Source of the DNA: a virus
IMG/VR virus record: IMGVR_UViG_3300025617_000007
Span: 32,001 to 96,000 of that record
DNA length: 64,000 bases
Strand: one strand, 5' to 3'
This document shows positions 40,052-51,200 of the stretch, one piece after another. Below the pieces are notes generated by a model. The model saw only the letters and a program-made list of their open reading frames with translations, was not told the DNA's origin and did no database searches. Numbering within the stretch: position 1 is the first letter of the stretch; the number at the start of each line of letters is the position of its first letter. A program made the position numbers and the translations under genes.

Positions 40052-41815
40052 ATGCAAAGTAATAACGATAATTTATCAAAAATACCTGAAGTAAGGGCAC
40101 AACGTATTTTAGAAGAGTACGATGGGTTCAATAACTACATTATGGGTATTAAGAAAAAGAGTGAAATACAAAAACATTTTAAACTTACTCGTGCTCAATC
40201 TGACTACATCAATAGTTACCACGATAAGACACCTAAAATTGCTCGTAAATGGGTTGATTTAGATAGTTACTTTGGGACTAAGATGATGGAAGAAAAACTT
40301 CTAACAAGAATACCTGAAAAAGTTTACGTAGAAAAGATTTTAGTAGAAAAAGATAAATCTTTTCATTTATGGGGTAAAATATTCGAGAGTGAGGATTTAC
40401 ATGATTTTTGGTTACCTAAGGTCGCACTGATTCCGACACAAAAAGTTAAAGATGTCGAAATTAATTATGAAAAATACTCTAATCGACCACCTTTAAAACA
40501 TCAAATCGAAGCCATTGAAAAATTAGCATCTCATGATAAATATATCTTAGCTGATGATATGGGTCTTGGTAAGACCACCGCAACTGTTATTGCTGCGTTA
40601 GAGTCAGGTGCCGAAAGAGTCTTAATAGTTTGTCCCGCATCTTTAAAAATAAATTGGATGAGAGAAATACAAAACTACACCGATAAATCTATATCAATTA
40701 TAGATGGAAAAAGATGGGAATCTGCGGATTTTGTAATCATTAATTACGATATTTTAAAAAACTTTCACGATTTAAAAGATAAAGAAGAATCTATTATATT
40801 ACAAGAAGGTTTTGACTTAGTAGTTGTTGATGAGGCCCATTACATTCAAAATGTACAGGCTAAAAGAACAAAATTAATTAATGATATTATTAATCGAATT
40901 GGAAAAGTTTGGTTATTAACTGGTACTCCTATGACTTCAAGACCAATTAACTATTATAATTTATTAAATTTAGTTGAATCTCCTGTGGCATATAATTGGA
41001 TGGCATACGTTATTAGGTATTGTGAAGGTTATCAGTTCAATGTAGGAAATCGAAAAGTTTGGAATGTAAATGGAGCCTCCAATTTATTGGAGTTAAGAGA
41101 TAGGACTAAAACCCATGTACTTAGAAGGTTAAAACAAGACATATTAGACTTACCAGAGAAGATTATAACACCTGTTTACCTTAATCTAAAATCAAAGGCA
41201 TATGAAGAACTTATGGGTGAGTATTATGATTGGATTGAGGATGAGAGTGAAAAAAAATCATTGACCGTACAATTCTCAAAACTTATGAAAGTTCGTCAGA
41301 TAATTGCGGAAAGTAAAATAAAAGAAACTTGTGAGATTGCTGAGAATATTATAGAACAAGGAAAAAAAGTCATCATATTTACAAACTTTACAGACACACT
41401 TAATAAAATTGCAGAACATTTTGGTAAAAGTGCCGTCACATTAGATGGTAAAATGAGTAAACCTGCTAGACAAAATTCTGTCGACCAATTTCAAGAAAAC
41501 GATAAAATTAAAGTTTTTGTAGGTAACCTTAAAGCTGCTGGTGTTGGTATTACATTGACATCTGCGGAAGCAGTTATAATGAATGATTTATCGTTTGTCC
41601 CTTCCGACCATTCACAGGCGGAAGATAGGGCATATAGATATGGTCAAAAATCTAATGTATCGGTATTTTACCCAATATTTGATAACTCAATTGAAGGTAT
41701 AATTTATGATATTTTGTCACAAAAAAAGAATATATTTGAGACAGTAATGGGTGATAATGAAGGTAAAGGTGACATTATGGAAGAAATAATCAATGAAATT
41801 TCAGTAAGGAGATAA
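40052..41815 (+). CDS. SNF2-family (SMARCAL1/HARP-like) helicase
   Basis: LADDMGLGKT, VVDEAH, LTGTP and QAEDRAYRYGQ. Start adjusted to MQSNN at 40052. Confidence 0.9.
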   Translation: MQSNNDNLSKIPEVRAQRILEEYDGFNNYIMGIKKKSEIQKHFKLTRAQSDYINSYHDKTPKIARKWVDLDSYFGTKMMEEKLLTRIPEKVYVEKILVEKDKSFHLWGKIFESEDLHDFWLPKVALIPTQKVKDVEINYEKYSNRPPLKHQIEAIEKLASHDKYILADDMGLGKTTATVIAALESGAERVLIVCPASLKINWMREIQNYTDKSISIIDGKRWESADFVIINYDILKNFHDLKDKEESIILQEGFDLVVVDEAHYIQNVQAKRTKLINDIINRIGKVWLLTGTPMTSRPINYYNLLNLVESPVAYNWMAYVIRYCEGYQFNVGNRKVWNVNGASNLLELRDRTKTHVLRRLKQDILDLPEKIITPVYLNLKSKAYEELMGEYYDWIEDESEKKSLTVQFSKLMKVRQIIAESKIKETCEIAENIIEQGKKVIIFTNFTDTLNKIAEHFGKSAVTLDGKMSKPARQNSVDQFQENDKIKVFVGNLKAAGVGITLTSAEAVIMNDLSFVPSDHSQAEDRAYRYGQKSNVSVFYPIFDNSIEGIIYDILSQKKNIFETVMGDNEGKGDIMEEIINEISVRR

Positions 41816-41856
41816 GATTTACAAGTTCTATATTATTTATATAGAAAATAACATTT

Positions 41857-43422
41857 ATGAAGTTCAAAAGATTAAAAGAAAAAATCTCATTAGTTGAACA
41901 TAAAATTAATAAGAGCCAAGATAACAAAACCCTCGTTTCAGAGATATCTGCGCAAACCTCAAAATATATTATTACAGAGATGAAAAAAATTGGTATTGAA
42001 AAACTACCATATTCTTATTCTGCCTTAGAAAGATTCATAGATTCAGACACTATGGATACTCACTATAACAAACACTATAAAGGATATGTAAAAAAATTAA
42101 ACGACGCATTAGAGAAAACTAAAGATGGTGATTTAGAATTAGAACAAATTATTAAAGGTATTTCACGATATAACACCACTATTAGAAATAATGCTGGAGG
42201 TGCATTTAACCATGCACTTTTTTGGAAAATGTTATCTCCAAAAAAACAAAGAGCTCAAGGAGAGGTGTATGAAAAAATAGTAAAAGATTTTGGAAATTTT
42301 TCTAAATTTAAAAACATCTTTACTGTTGAAGCTAAGAAACGTTTTGGTTCAGGATGGGTTTGGTTAGTATTAACTAAATCAGGAAAATTAAAAGTTATGT
42401 CCACTCCAAATCAAGATAACCCTTTAATGAATATTGTTAAAAATGGAGGTTTCCCTATATTAGGTTTAGATGTTTGGGAACACGCGTATTACTTAAAATA
42501 TAAAAATAAAAGGGATGAATATATTAAAAACTTTTGGTCTGTAGTAAATTGGGATTTTATAAATGACTTATACAATCTAAGAACTGATAAAAAAATCGAT
42601 GAGGTTAAAAAAGTTAAAACAATTATTACCGAAGGAGCGAGTGCGGGTTGTAATAGAAGTCAGGTTCAGAACTATAGAAGATTATTTAATACTAACCCTC
42701 AAATTAAAAAGAAATTTATGTTCACCATTATGGACATACTTAAAGAGGTTTTTTCAGAGTACTGGTACGAAAAAAATCAATACGATAAAGGTCAAATGTC
42801 AGGGATTTATGATTACGAACAAAAAGGTCGTTCAGTAATTAATAAACTTAACACAAATTACACCGCATTTTGTACTTTAGTAAACGATGTAAATCAATTT
42901 TTAAGAAAATACGGTATAGATGCAATCAATTTTAATAACAAAAATAATCAACAACAAATAAAAGAAGTTGAAAAATTAAATAAATATTTAATTGAGTTAC
43001 GGTACAGAATATTCGACTCAGAGTCACCCACCTTTAAAACGTTAATGGCAGGTTTAGATAAGACAAATAAATTTGGAGACAAAAGAGAAGTTGATGCGGT
43101 TGTAGGGTTAAAAGATATTTTTAAAACTGATAAGGTAACTAAAGTCGGTGAATTAGGTGGTGTTGATGATATGATAGGTGGAGTTGATGCCATTGTAGAA
43201 TTACCTGAAGGGACGAAAACAATGCAAATAAAACCATTTAACAATACCAAAAATACTAATGGGAAGATAACTGTTTTTGGGACTGGTAATGTTAAACCCT
43301 ACAAAACTGACTATTTAGTTTTTCACAATAACAAATTAGGTACGTTAGTGTTTGAAAACTCTAATACGAAAATTATTGACGGGAGATATGTTTTTGATGA
43401 GACATCCCAATACGTAAAGTAA
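41857..43422 (+). CDS. sodA: Fe/Mn superoxide dismutase (Mn-type residues) fused to a C-terminal PD-(D/E)XK-like domain
   Basis: LPYSYSAL, HYNKHY, NNAGGAFNHALFW, PNQDNP and LDVWEHAYY. About 260 extra C-terminal residues contain GVDAIV...MQIKP. Confidence 0.85.
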   Translation: MKFKRLKEKISLVEHKINKSQDNKTLVSEISAQTSKYIITEMKKIGIEKLPYSYSALERFIDSDTMDTHYNKHYKGYVKKLNDALEKTKDGDLELEQIIKGISRYNTTIRNNAGGAFNHALFWKMLSPKKQRAQGEVYEKIVKDFGNFSKFKNIFTVEAKKRFGSGWVWLVLTKSGKLKVMSTPNQDNPLMNIVKNGGFPILGLDVWEHAYYLKYKNKRDEYIKNFWSVVNWDFINDLYNLRTDKKIDEVKKVKTIITEGASAGCNRSQVQNYRRLFNTNPQIKKKFMFTIMDILKEVFSEYWYEKNQYDKGQMSGIYDYEQKGRSVINKLNTNYTAFCTLVNDVNQFLRKYGIDAINFNNKNNQQQIKEVEKLNKYLIELRYRIFDSESPTFKTLMAGLDKTNKFGDKREVDAVVGLKDIFKTDKVTKVGELGGVDDMIGGVDAIVELPEGTKTMQIKPFNNTKNTNGKITVFGTGNVKPYKTDYLVFHNNKLGTLVFENSNTKIIDGRYVFDETSQYVK

Positions 43423-43462
43423 AGAAATGTTGTTTTCTTAATATTTATATAGAAAACAAAGT

Positions 43463-44575
43463 ATGTCAGTAATTAACGAACCTCAAAGAACAAAACTTTA
43501 CACAAGAGTAAAACACCTTTTAGGTGCACCCATTCGTAGTATAGAAATAGAAGATGAAATGATGGATTCCTTATTGGAATTATCGATTCAAGATTATGCA
43601 CAATACGTAAATGATTGGTTAATTGAATCTCAGTGGACTTCACTCTATGGGATGAACTTAGATGAACAATCTGTAACTCGAGCATTTACTACGCGTTCTT
43701 TAGATTGGGAAACACAATATACTTATGCCTATTCTAAAATTGTCGGATTACAAGCTGGTGGTGACTATGTACTTAAGAAAGACTACATTACTTTAGTACC
43801 TGGACAACAGATATATGAAATACCTAAAGGTCGTGAATTAAATGAACTTTTATGGTTTACACGTGCAGAATTAGATGCGGCTTTCTTTGACCCATTTATG
43901 GGTGGTTTTGGAGGTATGGGTGGTGTTGGATTAGGTGGAGGTGCTGGATTCTCACAAATGGGTACTACAGGTAATTACTTTGTAACTCCGGCATTCGACA
44001 TTCTACTTAGAATGCAAGACATTAATGTTAAAAGAAGAATCATTTCAGGAGAGTTAACTTATCGTGTTACTGCACTTCCAGACGGTAAAAAGGCTGTACA
44101 CTTAATGAATGTTCCCGGTGGAAAATTTGATTTTGGTAATATACAACATAACGAATATAAAGTATGGTATTGGTACTACGAAACTGATGACCGTGAAGAT
44201 TGTTTAGCTAAAAATCCTGATATTGTTCGTTTACCTTCAGATATTCCTATTGATGAAATGAAATGGGATGAACTTAATAGTCCCGCACAGACATGGGTTA
44301 GAAAATGGTTCGTTTCATATGTTAAAGAAACTTTAGGTAGAGTAAGAGGTAAATTTAGTGGTAATTTAAAAACACCTGACTCGGAATTACAACTAGAATA
44401 TGATTCTTTATTAACTGAAGCTAAAGATGAAAAATCTAAGTTATCTGAAGAGTTAACACAAAAACTTGAAAGGTTAAGACCTGAAAAAATGATGGAAAGA
44501 GAAGCGAATGTTGCTGAAAATCTAAATAAATCATTACAATTCCGTGCTATGCCACGACAGATATATGTAATATAA
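43463..44575 (+). CDS. Neck protein, gp13-like
   Basis: LYTRVKHLLGAPIRSIEIEDEM...WVRKWFVSYVKETLGRVRGKF...LLTEAKDEKSKL. Confidence 0.75.
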   Translation: MSVINEPQRTKLYTRVKHLLGAPIRSIEIEDEMMDSLLELSIQDYAQYVNDWLIESQWTSLYGMNLDEQSVTRAFTTRSLDWETQYTYAYSKIVGLQAGGDYVLKKDYITLVPGQQIYEIPKGRELNELLWFTRAELDAAFFDPFMGGFGGMGGVGLGGGAGFSQMGTTGNYFVTPAFDILLRMQDINVKRRIISGELTYRVTALPDGKKAVHLMNVPGGKFDFGNIQHNEYKVWYWYYETDDREDCLAKNPDIVRLPSDIPIDEMKWDELNSPAQTWVRKWFVSYVKETLGRVRGKFSGNLKTPDSELQLEYDSLLTEAKDEKSKLSEELTQKLERLRPEKMMEREANVAENLNKSLQFRAMPRQIYVI

Positions 44576-44577
44576 TT

Positions 44578-44910
44578 ATGGGTATAATTAAATCATACCC
44601 TGTTACTAAAATAGTTGCAGGTAAAGAAATTAAAACATCTGATAGTATCTTATGTACTAGTAAGTCATATACCACTAATGGTGAAAGTGCAATTGTAATT
44701 AAATCTAAAGAAGAGTGTGTGTTAACTTTAGATGAAACTACTACTGACCACGTAACTATTAAAGCAATGTCTGATGTTAAAATCGTTTCTGAAAAACTCA
44801 TAGATGATGAGTTTGAAGAAATATTACTTGAAAAATACGCGTCAGTAGAATTACGTTACATTGTAAATAGTTGGTATGTTATGTCGTCTGATGGTCTAAA
44901 GAACTCATAA
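44578..44910 (+). CDS. Small hypothetical beta-rich protein
   Basis: 110-aa ORF starting 2 nt after the neck gene, convergent with and overlapping the end of polB. Confidence 0.6.
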   Translation: MGIIKSYPVTKIVAGKEIKTSDSILCTSKSYTTNGESAIVIKSKEECVLTLDETTTDHVTIKAMSDVKIVSEKLIDDEFEEILLEKYASVELRYIVNSWYVMSSDGLKNS

Positions 44911-47710
44911 TCTTAAGATTCTTTTCTACATACTCAGTATCTACTAAATCCATAGTGTCTTCTAGATACATATAGTATGGATTAATTCCGACTTTATTCC
45001 AAAAAGTTACCTCAGTGTCAGAAAGAGTTAATACCTCATCCAAATTATCTTGGTCACCATCTCTACGTGGATATCCTCTAACTAATTCCGTTTGTGTTTT
45101 AGTGAAGAAAGGACGGTCCTTAGGGTCTTCAATTAAAATCTCAGGTCTAATCTCAGGGTCGAAAACTACCAATAGTGGTTCAATACGTTTGTTAAATGAT
45201 GCTAAGTAACGAGGAACGTTGTATTCACCTAACATATCAGGTGTCTCAGTAATCATCTTCTCATCCACGTGGTAACAGTTAAGTACAATCTCCACACTAT
45301 CAGGTGGCATCGGTTTACCGTTGTCTACTGCGTATTGTCTCTTCTCAGCTGCAGTTGCATTCCATTTATTTTTCTTTTGTACATCACCGTGTGACTTTCT
45401 CTCACCATTATTAACATAGTAGATGGTATCACCTAAACCAACAGGTAAGTTGTGTTTAATAGCTAATTCCATATGTGCCTGACGAGACATAAGTGAACCC
45501 GATTTGGTTTTTTTAGTTATATGTTTTTTATACTCCACAATACTTTGTTTTACCCTCGATTTGTTGGCAATCTTAGAGATTGGAATCTGCCTATCATAAA
45601 TCTGTTGAACATAGTCATAGTAGTGTTCTAAGAACTCGTGACCTTTACCATCCAATAACATTCTTAGACCTTTATCCAAAAACTCCGCAACATATGTAGG
45701 TAACTTCTTAGACTTAATAGTGTTACCTGTTAGTTTTACTTTTCCTGTGTCGGTAAGAAGAGCATAGTTTTTACGGGCCACGTTAATCGTTGACGGCCAA
45801 ACACCATCAGTATCGAGACCCATCTCACCCCTCATAAAGATATCATTATACTCAGCAACATCAGCTTCAGTACCATAATAGGTTTTACCTTCTTCAACCA
45901 AACCATTAAGTCCCTTACCCACGTAAGTATGTTCTTCACGACCAGGAGGGGATGAGAAGTTCACACCATCCGTATCCATTACTAATGCTTTGTAACCACG
46001 GTCCATAAACCACATAATCATCTGACGTAAGTATTGACGACCTGTACAAGTAATCTGTTCACCCATATCCATATCACCCCATGGAAATACGTGAGGTGCT
46101 GACAATGAACCGAAGAATGCGTTAATAAAAATCTTAATCGGTAACTGTTTACGGTTATATTTCTTAGACTCTTTTGGGTCTGAAGTATAAAGGTCGGCAG
46201 CCAACTTCTTATATTTAATACGTGTGTCACGAAAATGTTTCAACATACTCTTCATTGCACCTGTGACATCACATTTAGGGAATACATCATGAACCAACTG
46301 AATAGACGGGTATAGTGATGAGTAATCGAGTTTTAGTACATTTGTTGAATAACCTACCGCTAAAAGACGTGATAAACCACCTGTGAATGGTCGTTTTTCA
46401 CCTTTCTTAGGGATTGCTAAGTTATGTTTGTAAGACCAAGCAGCCATAATCATTTTCCATAATGTGGCAGTACCCATTGTTGATAGTCTCTCATATGTTG
46501 TCGGAACTAACTTTGCAAGTAAGAAGTTTGCCTGATTAAACTCCTCATCAACAACCATGGTTTCCCAAATATCATCATATAGGTATCTTTCAATAATATA
46601 ATTACCATTAACTTTTTCATAGTGTCCCGGGTATTTCTCCATAAGACCTTCAGTTCCTGGTGACCCAATTTCTTTATATTTACCCGATTTAGGGTTGAAG
46701 TAATAGTCTTTATTATCAAAATAAATTTTACCAATTTTATCTCCCTCAACATACACACGGTTTTCTTTCTCCGCACCAATAAATTGTGTAATATATTTAA
46801 GACCCCAACTCTTAATATCTGAGTTGATTGCTTGTGCTCTACGAACTGCATGTGCAATATCAACAATGTTATATCCCCACATCATCGTCTGAGTATATGG
46901 TTCCATTTCATTTGCTAATTTAAGCATACCTTCCTTTTGTCTTAGAGGTCTTTGAGGGTTAAGAGTTTTTGAAATCTTTTTTGGGTCAAGTCCCAAGATT
47001 TCAGCTCGTCTTAATATAAATGGAAAATCAAAGAATGCTGAGTTATAACCACCAATTAGTGTAGGTTTTAAATACGCTATCGTATCAAAGAAATCGATTA
47101 TAATTTTTCTCTCCTCTTCTTCATTTTCGGCAGCAATAACTTTTTCAAAACCTTTATTATCTTTCATTCCGATAAGGAATATTTGACTTTCTTCAGGTGA
47201 AAGACCTGTGGTTTCAATATCGAATACAAAACGGTGAACCTCATCGTATTCATCAAATCCTTTAAATAGTCTTTTATTTTTTTGAACTAAGTATTGTTCA
47301 GTTGGAGGTAGAATCATTATGTGTTCTGAATTACCCATACCCCATGGGTCTAACCCTCCTGATTTAAAAAAGTTAACTAAGTTGTTGTATGACTTAGTTG
47401 TTTTAACCATATACTTAAGTCCGTTTTCCATTCTCTCATCACCATGAGTATCTAACTTATCGATAATTATTCCATTTTCGGACATTGCTTGTTTTTGAGC
47501 GGCTTTAGAACCTCTATAGAAGTTAAGACCTCTTAGGTCACCTACCCACGCAAATGGAATGAATGTGTCTGATTTAATTACTTTACCCTGTTCAGGATGT
47601 TGAATTACTTTAAAAATTTTCCCTGATGGATAGTCATATTCTAATGCTACTATGTACTTTTCAGGGTCCTCTCCAGTGAGGAATTCTTCGATTTCTTTTT
47701 GTGATACCAT
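44879..47710 (-). CDS. polB: Family B DNA polymerase
   Basis: ExoI FDIETTG, ExoII GYNSAFFDFPF, ExoIII YLYDD, motif A LDYSSLYPS, motif B KIFINAFFG and motif C MDTDG. No intein seen. Confidence 0.96.
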   Translation of the reverse strand: MVSQKEIEEFLTGEDPEKYIVALEYDYPSGKIFKVIQHPEQGKVIKSDTFIPFAWVGDLRGLNFYRGSKAAQKQAMSENGIIIDKLDTHGDERMENGLKYMVKTTKSYNNLVNFFKSGGLDPWGMGNSEHIMILPPTEQYLVQKNKRLFKGFDEYDEVHRFVFDIETTGLSPEESQIFLIGMKDNKGFEKVIAAENEEEERKIIIDFFDTIAYLKPTLIGGYNSAFFDFPFILRRAEILGLDPKKISKTLNPQRPLRQKEGMLKLANEMEPYTQTMMWGYNIVDIAHAVRRAQAINSDIKSWGLKYITQFIGAEKENRVYVEGDKIGKIYFDNKDYYFNPKSGKYKEIGSPGTEGLMEKYPGHYEKVNGNYIIERYLYDDIWETMVVDEEFNQANFLLAKLVPTTYERLSTMGTATLWKMIMAAWSYKHNLAIPKKGEKRPFTGGLSRLLAVGYSTNVLKLDYSSLYPSIQLVHDVFPKCDVTGAMKSMLKHFRDTRIKYKKLAADLYTSDPKESKKYNRKQLPIKIFINAFFGSLSAPHVFPWGDMDMGEQITCTGRQYLRQMIMWFMDRGYKALVMDTDGVNFSSPPGREEHTYVGKGLNGLVEEGKTYYGTEADVAEYNDIFMRGEMGLDTDGVWPSTINVARKNYALLTDTGKVKLTGNTIKSKKLPTYVAEFLDKGLRMLLDGKGHEFLEHYYDYVQQIYDRQIPISKIANKSRVKQSIVEYKKHITKKTKSGSLMSRQAHMELAIKHNLPVGLGDTIYYVNNGERKSHGDVQKKNKWNATAAEKRQYAVDNGKPMPPDSVEIVLNCYHVDEKMITETPDMLGEYNVPRYLASFNKRIEPLLVVFDPEIRPEILIEDPKDRPFFTKTQTELVRGYPRRDGDQDNLDEVLTLSDTEVTFWNKVGINPYYMYLEDTMDLVDTEYVEKNLKIMSSLDHQTT

Positions 47711-47779
47711 AATATTTGTTTTTTCATCTGAGATATTATACTCACATATAGTATGTGATTACTCTTGACATTCAAACAA

Positions 47780-47808
47780 ATAATAATGGATAATATAGTT
47801 TAAGTCAA
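47780..47808 (-). promoter_or_regulatory. Putative sigma70-like promoter of polB
   Basis: Minus strand TTGACT(47808-47803)-17 nt-TATTAT(47785-47780). Confidence 0.6.
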
Positions 47809-47851
47809 ACTATTGGTTTTGATTTTTTCTACTTATATCTACACCCATAAG

Positions 47852-48205
47852 TTAAATTATGTTTATGTATAAATTATCTTTAATCGGCGCAATTAACTCT
47901 CCCATTGAGTTCACTATATGAAACTCCCCGATAAACCGACCCTTTTTCTTGGTATCCCTCTTAGACCACTTATAAAAAATGTAATATTCTTTCGGCGCAT
48001 CAGGATTTTGTTGTATCTTTTCTGTGATATATGCGTTGTTCATTAATATTTTAGGTATCCCATTACTTTCATCCTTCATAGTAAAACGAATGGTTGCAGT
48101 ATCTAAGTCGGCATCAAAAATTTTATTAGAGTTTGTTCTTCCGTCTTTTACTACCTGCATCTTTAAGATGGGTAACTCACTATTTTGTTTAATAAAAAAT
48201 TCCAT
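47852..48205 (-). CDS. BppU-like beta-sandwich protein, paralog of the fibre N-terminus
   Basis: MEFFIKQNSELPILKMQVVKDGR aligns with MEFFIRKNSTLPIIKVQIIKDGR of 48220..52767, and both carry G.Y/FIGEF.I.N..GE. Confidence 0.7.
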   Translation of the reverse strand: MEFFIKQNSELPILKMQVVKDGRTNSNKIFDADLDTATIRFTMKDESNGIPKILMNNAYITEKIQQNPDAPKEYYIFYKWSKRDTKKKGRFIGEFHIVNSMGELIAPIKDNLYINII

Positions 48206-48219
48206 ATTCTATAAATACA

Positions 48220-51200
48220 TTATATTAAAGTAACAGTAACATATCCATTACCTGTGTTATAAGTTCCTAAATTGGTGATTGAATTACCACCAAAAGTTGA
48301 ACTGTTATTATATTGCCCATCCGTTGTTGATACATTAGTAAGTCCTGATATTAAATAAGAACCAGCACCTCCACCACCGTCAGAACGAGGATTACCGTTT
48401 CTATATGAACCTCCACCACCGGAGTATCCACCACCACCTCCACCACAGATAGGAGCACCTCCACCAGCACCACCAAATCCACCATCGGAGCCTTGTGTAT
48501 GAGTGGAAGAACGTGCCCCTCCACTTAAACCTGCAGAATATGTTCTACCAGCCCCTCCGTCTTGAGAAGTTGCAGCGCCACCTGAAGTACCATCACCATT
48601 TTCACCGTCAGTTAAGAAACCTGCACCTGAGCCACTATCATATGTGTTTGTAGATACAATTGTACCGTTTGTGTGTGATTCTCCACCATTACCGTTAGTA
48701 CCACCAGGGGCACCAAATACTGATGTAGTACCGCTAATATTAGTAACAGCATCATTACCATTATAAAGTGTTCCTGACTCGGAACCATTGTATGCTCCAT
48801 CACCACCACCTCCACCAGCTACGATTAATGGTGTACCACTTAACACAACAAATGAACCACCACCCCCACCAGCTCCGTTATATTGTGTAGCATTAACCAC
48901 TGCAGCCCCTTGTTGTCCGACAATAATCTCAACAACATCACCTCTATTGAAAGAATATCTACCTTTCATTATTACACCTCTACCACCTGTGGATGAAGAA
49001 GGGTATGTGACTGAGGAGGCTTGTGCACCTGCCACTTCAAACTCGTAAGTTCCTGTTTGTGGAACCGTCCATTCTTGGTAACCATTTGTTGTTACATCAA
49101 GGTAACTAGTGTTTTGTGTCCACGATTCACCACTATAAGCACTTTGTACTTGGGCTAACGTTGGACCTGTTCTACCTACTAAACTTGCGGACGTAAATGT
49201 AAACGAACTAAATGAATATAGGTTAGTTGGTGTAGTCGATGGTGTTGGTGTTATTGATGGAGTAACGCTATTTGACGGAGTAATACTTGGAGTTATTGTT
49301 GCTGTAGGTGTAATTGACGGTGTTACTGATGGAGTAGCGCTACTTGTAGGTGTTGGGGTTATAGGTGATGATGACGATGAAGGTGTAACGGTAGTTGTTA
49401 CCGATGGAGTTGGTGTTGGTGTTATACTTGGACATGTTATAGTTTCAACACTAATATAAACAATGTCACCAATCACCCATTGTGTTGATGCCGATTGAAC
49501 TAACTGTATTTGATTATTACCATCACCTCTAAAGTAATATCCCGTTCCTTCAGTACCTCCTGTCCATCCTCCGTATGGTAAACCTGCGCCTCCGACATCC
49601 TCTAACGTTCCGTCATATATCGCGGTACTACCATTTTGAGAAATCGTCAAACGAACACAATTACCCACAAAAGACGAATAGTAAGAATCTCTATCTACAC
49701 CATTTTCATCGATTGCATTCCAATATATTCCATCCATCTGAGGACCATCATTGAATGAGTTTGGATTAGTAGAGCCACTAGATACGCCACCGTTACCATT
49801 ACTAATAATTGTATTACCTGAAGTTGGAACCTGATATGGTGTTGATACTAAATTATAACCATAACCTGTTGTCGGTACTGGCGATGGTGTAACTGATGGT
49901 GTAATTGTTGGAGTAACACTACTTGTTGGAGTGATAGTAGGAGTTACTGATGGTGTAATCGTTGGTGTTGGTGTGATTGAACTTGTCGGTGTTAATGAAG
50001 ATGTCGGAGTAATAGATGGGGTAACGGTAACTGATGGTGTTACACTTACAGATGATGTAGGTGTTACAGTATTTGTTGGTGTAACTGAAACGGTAGGAGT
50101 TACTGATGGAGTTACACTTACTGAACCACTTGGAGTAATTGATGGTGTAGGTGTTTCTGTAGACCTCGGAGTTGCAGACGGTGTTGACGTTGGTAAAGGA
50201 GATATTCCCGGTTGTGCACTCGTATCAAAACAGAACAAGTTTTGTTGGTGACAATTTACTGGTGAGACACTAACAGTTCCCGAAACGTAACTTACCCCCA
50301 CAATCCAATAATCTCCAGGAGAGGCGTTGGTAAAACTGTTTACAGTATACGTGGCAATTTGATTACCTAATTTCACATCTAGTGAGTTACCTGTTGTTAA
50401 TGGGAATAAATTATTAATGTCATATCCACTACATAATATATCTGACAAATACCACTCAGTAATCGATGACGGAGTTGCACTATTTGCGTATGCAACACCT
50501 GTTGCTGACGAACTAGGAACTGCTCCCGTTCCGTACCAGTTATAAGGAATACAAATCTCAGAGGACTGAGGTTCCGTTGGTGACGGACTTACCGTTAACG
50601 TAGGTGTTGGAGTTGGTGTTTGTGTTTGTGTTGGAGTTGGTGTTTGTGTTTGAGTTTGTGTTGGTGTTGGACTAACCTCAGGACATGGATAATCATTAAT
50701 ACAAGTTGCACAATCACTGTAAGTTTCTTTTACTGCAAGTGGACCACCAGCAGGTGGATTGATTAAAGTTACCTGGTGACACTGATTATTATGAATCAAG
50801 AAATCTCCGACAATGATACTGTCATAAGTTGTTAAAACTACATCTGCACCGTCACAACATCTTGTTGTTGCCGCTCTTGTTAAAACTGATGGTGTTGATG
50901 TTGGTGTAGGTGTTGGTGTTTCTGTCTGTGTTTGTGTCATCGTTGGAGTTGGTGTTTGTGTGTTGGTTTGAGTCACCGTAGCGGTAGGAGTTGGAGTAGG
51001 ACAATTACATGTTCCTGATGGTGTTGCAGAGGCGTTACATATAGGTGCATTATTATCTTCAACATATATAGCACATATGACAACAGTATCAAGTTGATTG
51101 ACAACTACTGTGGATATGTTATCATCACAATCGGTAACAATAAATTCGGCAGGTGAACCACACGTACCATCACCACCATATAGAGTCCATGTATCACAAC

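Noticed and set aside
44879-47710. Inteins, introns or homing endonucleases in polB, nrdA, dnaB or uvsX
   Set aside because: Lengths and motif spacing are ordinary, with no intein termini or LAGLIDADG/HNH motifs recognised.
41857-47710. Cellular rather than phage origin, given SOD, RNR and glycosyltransferases
   Set aside because: No ribosomal or core housekeeping genes, and a complete T4-like tail and replication set is interleaved with them.
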